A stretch of DNA of 64,000 nucleotides. It comes from an uncultured Fusobacteriaceae bacterium. GTDB lineage: Bacteria; Fusobacteriota; Fusobacteriia; Fusobacteriales; Fusobacteriaceae. How positions within the stretch are numbered: position 1 is the first letter of the stretch; every line of letters starts with the position of its first letter. Below are positions 58,386 through 64,000 of this stretch, in pieces. The translations under genes and the position numbers were made by a program. Location of the stretch: assembly GCA_947038515.1 (NCBI GenBank), contig CAMQWJ010000001.1:205580-269579 (forward strand), written 5' to 3'. The notes under the pieces are model-generated. The model ran no database searches and was not told the DNA's origin. It saw nothing but the letters and a program-made list of their open reading frames with translations.

Positions 58386-58931
58386 TTAGTAGTTTTTTAC
58401 TCTAAGCATAAAGTATGCTTTTGGATGTTCACAAACTGGGCAAAGATCAATTGCTTCTTTCCCTTTATAAGTGTGACCACAATTACTACATTCCCATTCA
58501 ACTACTTCACTTTTCTTAAAAACAGTTCCTGTTTCTATATTTTTTAATAAATTTCTATATCTTTCTTCATGTTGCTTTTCAATTAATGCAACAGAATCAA
58601 ATAGTACTGCAATATCTTCTAATCCCTCTTTTCTTGCATCAATAGCGAAATTTTTATACATATCAACCCATTCACCATGTTCTCCCTCAGCTGCTGCTAA
58701 TAGATTTTCAGCAGTGGAACCAATTCCAGCTCCTAATAATTTAAACCATATTTCTGCATGTTCTTTCTCATTATTTGCAGTTTCTTCAAAAATTTTAGAA
58801 ATTTGTACAAAACCATCTTTTTTAGCTTTACTTGCAAAAAATGTATATTTATTTCTTGCCTGTGATTCACCTGAAAATGCTTCCTGTAAATTCTTTTCTG
58901 TTTGTGTTCCTTTTAATTTTGTATTTGTCAT
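58386..58931 (-). CDS. rbr: Rubrerythrin
   Basis: Ferritin-like di-iron ExxH motifs and a C-terminal rubredoxin-like 'CSNCGH...CPVCEH'. Confidence 0.85.
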   Translation of the reverse strand: MTNTKLKGTQTEKNLQEAFSGESQARNKYTFFASKAKKDGFVQISKIFEETANNEKEHAEIWFKLLGAGIGSTAENLLAAAEGEHGEWVDMYKNFAIDARKEGLEDIAVLFDSVALIEKQHEERYRNLLKNIETGTVFKKSEVVEWECSNCGHTYKGKEAIDLCPVCEHPKAYFMLRVKNY

Positions 58932-59129
58932 AACTGCCTCCCTTATTTTGTTAAAAATTATATTTTTTAATATAACTCTACTTTAAGTATACTCTTTGTC
59001 CAATCTAGTGTCAAGAACACTTTTTTCCTTATCACCAGATTTAAAACTTTGTTTCCTACCATTTTAGTTTTATTAAATTATTACTCTTGTACTAATAATA
59101 TACGCTAATAATAAGAATAATCCTCTATT

Positions 59130-60479
59130 TTAATTTTTTTTTAAAAATTTCAAATATTTTGTAAGATGATTAATATAACTTTTTTTAGCTAAATTTCTTA
59201 AGGAAACTCCATAAGTTGGATATGCTTGAATTGAGTCTGCAAATTTGTATAATGGAATCTTTTTTGATTTTAAAAATTGGATAGTAGAAATAATTTCTCC
59301 TGATCTATCACCTATACAAGATGCACCTAATATTCTCTCGTTTTTATCAACTATTATTTCTAAATTAAAATATTCTTCACTAGTTGAAAGAGATCTATCA
59401 TTTTCACTCTTGTCTAATTTATATATAGTATATTCAGAATATTTTTCTTTTGTTTCTTTTTTAGTTAATCCTGTTCTAGAAAATTCAGGATTAGAAAATA
59501 CTGTCCATGGAACACTTGTATAATCAACAGATTTTTTTATCAATGGAAACAAGAGATTTCTTACAATAACTTCTCCATGATATCCTGCCATATGAGAAAA
59601 ACGATATGGTCCTACAACATCCCCACCACTTAGAACATTTGGTGATGTTGTTCTTAAATATTTATCAACAATGATACCATTTCTATCATATTTAATTTTT
59701 GCATTTTCTAATTTTAAATCTTCTATATTAGGAACTCTACCAGTGGATAAAAATATCTCCTCTGATTCTATCATTAAGTTTTTTTCTTCTGAGCTTATTT
59801 TTACACCAATTGGAGAACTCTCTAATTTTAATGCTCCCACACCTAAATATAGTTTAATCCCTTCTTTTTTTAGTTTTTCTTCATAGTATACCCCTATTTC
59901 TTCATCTTCACGTGAAAAAAGAGTTGGTGAAACTTCTAAAATAGTTACTTCAACACCAAGTTTTTTTAGTGGAAAAGCCAATTCTAATGAGATAACTCCA
60001 CCACCTATAAAAGTTATAGAGCGAGGAATTTTTTTCATTTTAAAAAAATTTTCATTATTCAAATATTTTATAGTATCAAGTCCTGGTATTTTAGGAGTTG
60101 ATGGTGAAGTTCCTGTTGCTATAATAATTTTTTTACCTTCATAAACATCTTCTCCAACTTGAATTTGATTCTCTGAAACAAAAAATCCTTTTCCTTTTAA
60201 AAATACAATTCCCATTTTCTCTAATTTTTCTGGATTTTCATTTAAGTATACTTCCTCTTGAATTTCTCGAACTCTTTCTAAAACATCACCAGAATAATTT
60301 TTATTAACAAGTGATATAAATGCTTTAGAGGGAATACAACCGTTCCAAGTACATTCACCACCACTTTTATTTTTTTCAACTAATAAAACTTTTTTACCAC
60401 TAAGTACACTTCCTATTGCTACTGTTAATCCTAGTGCACCACTTCCTAAAACAATAACATCATATTTTATATTTTTCAT
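59130..60479 (-). CDS. Pyridine nucleotide-disulfide oxidoreductase (dihydrolipoamide dehydrogenase / mercuric reductase-like class I)
   Basis: 'VIVLGSGALG' FAD fold, redox-active disulfide 'GGECTWNGCIPSK', dimerisation domain. Confidence 0.8.
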   Translation of the reverse strand: MKNIKYDVIVLGSGALGLTVAIGSVLSGKKVLLVEKNKSGGECTWNGCIPSKAFISLVNKNYSGDVLERVREIQEEVYLNENPEKLEKMGIVFLKGKGFFVSENQIQVGEDVYEGKKIIIATGTSPSTPKIPGLDTIKYLNNENFFKMKKIPRSITFIGGGVISLELAFPLKKLGVEVTILEVSPTLFSREDEEIGVYYEEKLKKEGIKLYLGVGALKLESSPIGVKISSEEKNLMIESEEIFLSTGRVPNIEDLKLENAKIKYDRNGIIVDKYLRTTSPNVLSGGDVVGPYRFSHMAGYHGEVIVRNLLFPLIKKSVDYTSVPWTVFSNPEFSRTGLTKKETKEKYSEYTIYKLDKSENDRSLSTSEEYFNLEIIVDKNERILGASCIGDRSGEIISTIQFLKSKKIPLYKFADSIQAYPTYGVSLRNLAKKSYINHLTKYLKFLKKN

Positions 60480-60553
60480 TTATAACTCCTTTTTTATTTA
60501 GAAAATTAAAAATATTTTTTAGAATCTAATGAAATTCTTTTATAATCTAAGAA

Positions 60554-61558
60554 TTAAAACAATTTTTTCCACTCTCCATACCCTTCTTTTTCAAAAGATT
60601 CTAAAGGTATAAATTTAAGAGCAGCAGAATTCATGCAATATCTTAATCCATTTGGCTCTGGTCCATCATTAAATACATGTCCTATATGATTATTACCTTT
60701 TTTACTTCTAATTTCTGTTCTTTTAGTAAAAAGTGTGTTATCTTTTTTCTCTACAACTGCTTCTTCCTGTATAGGTTTTGAAAAAGTTGGCCATCCTGTC
60801 CCTGACTTATACTTATCTTTTGAACTAAATAGGACCTCTCCTGAAATCAAATCTACATATATACCATCTCTCTTATTATCCCAGTATTCATTTTTAAAAG
60901 GTGTTTCTGTGAAATTTTCTTGGGTTACTTTATATTGTAATTCTGTTAATTGTTTTTTCAACTCCTTAACCCCCTTCTCACCTCTTTTTTCTCCCCATAT
61001 CTTATCTAAAAACTCATCTCTTCCAGAACGACCTCTATAATATTTATATTTAAAACTATTTTTCTTATAGTAATCTTGATGGTATTCTTCTGCATTATAA
61101 AATGTAGTAGCTTTAGAAATTGGTGTTATTATAGGTTTTTCATAAACTCCTCTTTTATTTAACTTTTCTTTTGATTGTTCAGCTAATTTTTTTTGCTCAT
61201 TATTAAAATAGAAAATAGCTGAGCTATATTCATAGCCTCTATCAACAAATTGACCACCTACATCTGTAGGGTCTATTTGTTTCCAAAAAACATCTAGTAG
61301 TTTTTCATAACTTACTTTTGAAGGGTTATAAATAATTTTAATTGCTTCAATATGACCACCTTTTCCATAATTTTCATATGTTGGGTCTTTACTTGTACCA
61401 CCTATATAACCAGAAACAACTGCCTTTACACCATCTAATTTTTCAAATGGCTCTTCTAAACACCAAAAACAACCTCCTGCAAAAACTGCTTCTTTAAATT
61501 GTCCAGCAAAAACTAAATTACTTAATAAAAATATTGATGTCATCATAATTTTTTTCAT
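60554..61558 (-). CDS. msrAB: Bifunctional peptide methionine sulfoxide reductase MsrA/MsrB, secreted
   Basis: Signal peptide. MsrA '[11 protein letters not shown]'. MsrB '[10 protein letters not shown]...RYCMNSAAL'. Confidence 0.85.
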   Translation of the reverse strand: MKKIMMTSIFLLSNLVFAGQFKEAVFAGGCFWCLEEPFEKLDGVKAVVSGYIGGTSKDPTYENYGKGGHIEAIKIIYNPSKVSYEKLLDVFWKQIDPTDVGGQFVDRGYEYSSAIFYFNNEQKKLAEQSKEKLNKRGVYEKPIITPISKATTFYNAEEYHQDYYKKNSFKYKYYRGRSGRDEFLDKIWGEKRGEKGVKELKKQLTELQYKVTQENFTETPFKNEYWDNKRDGIYVDLISGEVLFSSKDKYKSGTGWPTFSKPIQEEAVVEKKDNTLFTKRTEIRSKKGNNHIGHVFNDGPEPNGLRYCMNSAALKFIPLESFEKEGYGEWKKLF

Positions 61559-61629
61559 TTGTTTGCCATCAGCTCCTCTTTTTTAGTATTATTTATTTTT
61601 TCTTAAATATATTATACCATATTTTTTAA

Positions 61630-61667
61630 AAAATGTAACAATTATAAAATTATAATCGTTACATTTT
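61630..61667. other. 18-bp-stem hairpin (AAAATGTAACAATTATAA-AA-TTATAATCGTTACATTTT, one mismatch) in the ribBA/msrAB intergenic region
   Basis: Read directly; T-rich tract follows on the plus strand. Confidence 0.4.
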
Positions 61668-61712
61668 AGTTTTTCTCATATTTCTTTCTTACTTTTTTAT
61701 AATATAAAGTAC

Positions 61713-62915
61713 TTATATTGTCTTTAATGTATGCCCCATTCTATTTTTTTTTGTTTCCATATAGTTTTTATTTAATTCATGAATACCAACTTCTAAACTT
61801 TCAATAGAATTAATTTTAGTTCCATATTTTATTAGACCCTGATTTTTTTTAGGATTATTACTTAAAAGTCTTATCGATTTTACATTTAAAGCTTTTAGCA
61901 TTTGTGAGGCCACTGCATAATCTCTTAAATCTTCTTCAAAACCAAGCTTTAAATTTGCATCAACTGTATCACTTCCTTTACTTTGAAGTGCATATGCTTT
62001 AATTTTATTTGTAATTCCTATTCCACGTCCCTCTTGTCTCAAGTAAAGTATTACTCCAGAACCATTTTTTTCTATTTCCTCCATTGCTCTCCCAAGTTGT
62101 GTTCCACACTCACATCTCATGGAAGCAAAAACATCTCCTGTTAAACATTCAGAATGTACTCTTACAAGAATATTCTCTTGATTTTCGATATTTCCTTTAA
62201 TTAATGCTATATGTTCTTTATCATCAATTTCATTTGAAAAACCTATTATTTTAAATTCACCTCTGGATGTAATCATTGGTGCTTCTGCAACAACTTTCAT
62301 CAAAGTTTCCATTTTTTTTCTATAAACAATTAAATCTTCAATTGAAATAATTTTTAATTGATGTTCTTCAGCAAAAATCTCAAGATCTGCCAATCTAGCC
62401 ATAGTACCATCATCTTTTAAAATCTCACAAATGACTCCAATGGGCTTAGCTCCTGCTAGAATAGCCAAATCAACTATTGCTTCTGTATGACCTTCTCTTT
62501 CTAAAACTCCTTTTTTCTTAGCTACTAATGGAAATATATGTCCAGGCTTTGTGAAATCATTTTCAGTTTTTTCAAAATCTGCTAAATCTATAATTGTTTG
62601 CAATCTATCTTGTACAGAAATCCCTGTTGTTCCTATTTTAGAATCTATTGAAACTGTAAAGGCTGTCCCTTTTAAATCTGTATTTTTCATTGTCATAGCC
62701 AATAGACCTAAATTTTCTGCTCTTTCGTCAGACATTGGAGCACAAATCAATCCTTTAGCATATTTAGTCATAAAATTAACATTTTCATAAGTTGCATATT
62801 CTGCTAAAAAAACAATATCTCCTTCATTCTCTCTATTTTCATCATCTACAACTATTACCATTTTTCCTTGTTTTAAATCCTCTATACATTCTTCAATCTT
62901 ACTAAACATATCCAA
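61713..62915 (-). CDS. ribBA: Bifunctional 3,4-dihydroxy-2-butanone-4-phosphate synthase / GTP cyclohydrolase II
   Basis: RibB core 'RENEGDIVFLAE'; RibA zinc motif 'CECGTQL'. Confidence 0.9.
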   Translation of the reverse strand: MDMFSKIEECIEDLKQGKMVIVVDDENRENEGDIVFLAEYATYENVNFMTKYAKGLICAPMSDERAENLGLLAMTMKNTDLKGTAFTVSIDSKIGTTGISVQDRLQTIIDLADFEKTENDFTKPGHIFPLVAKKKGVLEREGHTEAIVDLAILAGAKPIGVICEILKDDGTMARLADLEIFAEEHQLKIISIEDLIVYRKKMETLMKVVAEAPMITSRGEFKIIGFSNEIDDKEHIALIKGNIENQENILVRVHSECLTGDVFASMRCECGTQLGRAMEEIEKNGSGVILYLRQEGRGIGITNKIKAYALQSKGSDTVDANLKLGFEEDLRDYAVASQMLKALNVKSIRLLSNNPKKNQGLIKYGTKINSIESLEVGIHELNKNYMETKKNRMGHTLKTI

Positions 62916-62919
62916 CTCC

Positions 62920-63567
62920 TTAAAAATTATTTTTCAATAGAAATTCTAGTGTCATATCTTTTTTTTCATTATCTTTTTTATTAATTCCCATAAAATTTTC
63001 TATATATTTTCCAATAATATCAGTTTCAATGTTAACAACATCACCACTTTTTTTATTTCCTAAAGTTATAAAGTTTGCTGTAAATGGAATTAATGATACT
63101 GAAAATTGATTTTTTGAAATATCAACAACAGTTAAACTAGCTCCATCTATAGTTATTCTACCTTTTTCAACAACATATTTAGAATATTTACTACTCAATT
63201 CTATCATATATATTTTTGCTATTCCAATATTTTTTATATTTTTTATGACCCCTTCACATTCCACATCACCTGTGACTAAATGCCCACCTAGTCTTGTATT
63301 TAGAGTCATGGCTCTTTCTAAGTTTACCATATCTTTTATCTTTAATATTTTAAAATTACTTCTATTTATAGTTTCAAACATACAGTCTGCTACAAAACTA
63401 TTTTGTTTTATATCAACAACAGTTAAGCATACTCCATTAGTACAAATACTATCCCCTATGGAAATATCTTCTAGAATTTTTTCACACTTTATTTCTATTT
63501 TGATACTCTCAGATTTTTTATCAATTCTTAAAACTTCTCCTATCTCTTCAATTAATCCTGTAAAAAT
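62920..63567 (-). CDS. ribE: Riboflavin synthase alpha subunit; N-terminus extends beyond the ORF-track Met, apparent non-ATG (ATT) start
   Basis: In-frame upstream translation gives 'IFTGLIEEIGEV...', the conserved RibE N-terminus. It is preceded by GAGGTGA and by a stop 3 codons upstream. Confidence 0.75.
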   Translation of the reverse strand: MFTGLIEEIGEVLRIDKKSESIKIEIKCEKILEDISIGDSICTNGVCLTVVDIKQNSFVADCMFETINRSNFKILKIKDMVNLERAMTLNTRLGGHLVTGDVECEGVIKNIKNIGIAKIYMIELSSKYSKYVVEKGRITIDGASLTVVDISKNQFSVSLIPFTANFITLGNKKSGDVVNIETDIIGKYIENFMGINKKDNEKKDMTLEFLLKNNF

Positions 63568-63604
63568 ATGATCACCTCAAGTTAATTATATTTTTTATTT
63601 TAAT

Positions 63605-64000
63605 TCAAATATTTAAGTCTATTTTGTTATAAAATTCAATAGATATATTATCATCATAAATATTAAATTTCGGACTTTTTATTTGAAAGCAATTTTCCAT
63701 CTTATCTATTTTAAAACCACTCATAAAGGGTAAAGCTTTTTCATCACCTAAAATTTTAGGTGCAATAAAAATTTCACCACCATTAATATGCCCCTCTTCC
63801 ACTACTCTTGAAATAAGGTTAGAACCTCCTTCTAAAATCAAAGAATCTATTTTCAACTTCCCCAACTCTTCCAATATGTCTTTTATTAAGAAATTTTTAT
63901 TTTTTAATAAAATAAATTGAACACCTAATTTTAGAAGTTCCATATATTTAGGAGAATTTTCATTACTTAAAGAAGTTACTATAATATTTTTTTTATCATT
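63605..64000 (-). CDS. ribD: Riboflavin biosynthesis protein RibD, C-terminal reductase domain (partial; 5' end beyond window)
   Basis: 'LILEGGSNLISRVVEEG...IFIAPKILG' RibD reductase-domain C-terminus. The ORF runs off the window edge. Confidence 0.7.
   Translation of the reverse strand, partial: NDKKNIIVTSLSNENSPKYMELLKLGVQFILLKNKNFLIKDILEELGKLKIDSLILEGGSNLISRVVEEGHINGGEIFIAPKILGDEKALPFMSGFKIDKMENCFQIKSPKFNIYDDNISIEFYNKIDLNI

Noticed and set aside
61559-61712. FMN riboswitch (RFN element) for the rib operon
   Set aside because: The rib operon is transcribed from beyond the 3' end of the window, since ribD runs off the edge. Any RFN element would lie outside the window. The ribBA-msrAB spacer contains a simple hairpin, not the conserved RFN core.
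1-64000. CRISPR arrays, rRNA/tRNA genes, IS elements/transposases, integrases, prophage genes
   Set aside because: I looked for direct repeats with regular spacing, for structured RNA genes, and for transposase or integrase-like ORFs. None were found.

Overview
This is a very AT-rich (roughly 25-30% GC by eye) bacterial chromosomal segment. Its gene content and codon usage fit Fusobacterium or a close relative. No rRNA, tRNA, CRISPR array, transposase or integrase was seen.

Most of the window is housekeeping and metabolism:
- ribosomal proteins S6 and S18, plus an ispH-rpsA pair with HPr
- ispG, rho and miaB
- an ABC importer
- a fructose PTS with fruK
- an ECF sigma / anti-sigma / Spy-like envelope-stress module
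- a poly-gamma-glutamate (pgsB/pgsC) locus next to an M14-like peptidase and a gamma-glutamyltranspeptidase
- a two-component system
- a GntP permease with glycerate kinase
- a rubrerythrin / flavin disulfide reductase / MsrAB stress cluster
- the end of a rib operon (ribD', ribE, ribBA)

Several accessory or unusual modules stand out:
1. A two-gene operon encoding a SNF2-family helicase with a ~450-aa unassignable N-terminus, plus a 595-aa protein with no recognisable domains (22.5-27.1 kb). This is the best candidate for an undescribed system.
2. A translationally coupled (ATGA) pair: a PLD-nuclease/SF2-helicase/C-terminal-extension protein and a Nudix hydrolase (40.5-43.8 kb).
3. A class I Fic toxin with a VbhA-type antitoxin carrying the T-x-x-x-E-G inhibitory motif. 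The module is bracketed by two inverted copies of a ~50-bp palindromic element (38.4-39.6 kb).
4. A peroxiredoxin-like thioredoxin-fold gene interrupted by a single in-frame TGA exactly at the first redox residue (W-U-P-Y-C). A GGUU-loop hairpin lies 19 nt downstream, so this is a putative selenoprotein with a SECIS element rather than two small ORFs.
5. An 898-aa fusion of a GltD-like NAD(P)H flavoprotein with an HdrD/GlpC-like Fe-S CCG-domain module, in an apparent operon with a secreted tandem rhodanese and a DedA/TVP38 membrane protein. A perfect 14-bp inverted repeat sits in its divergent promoter region.
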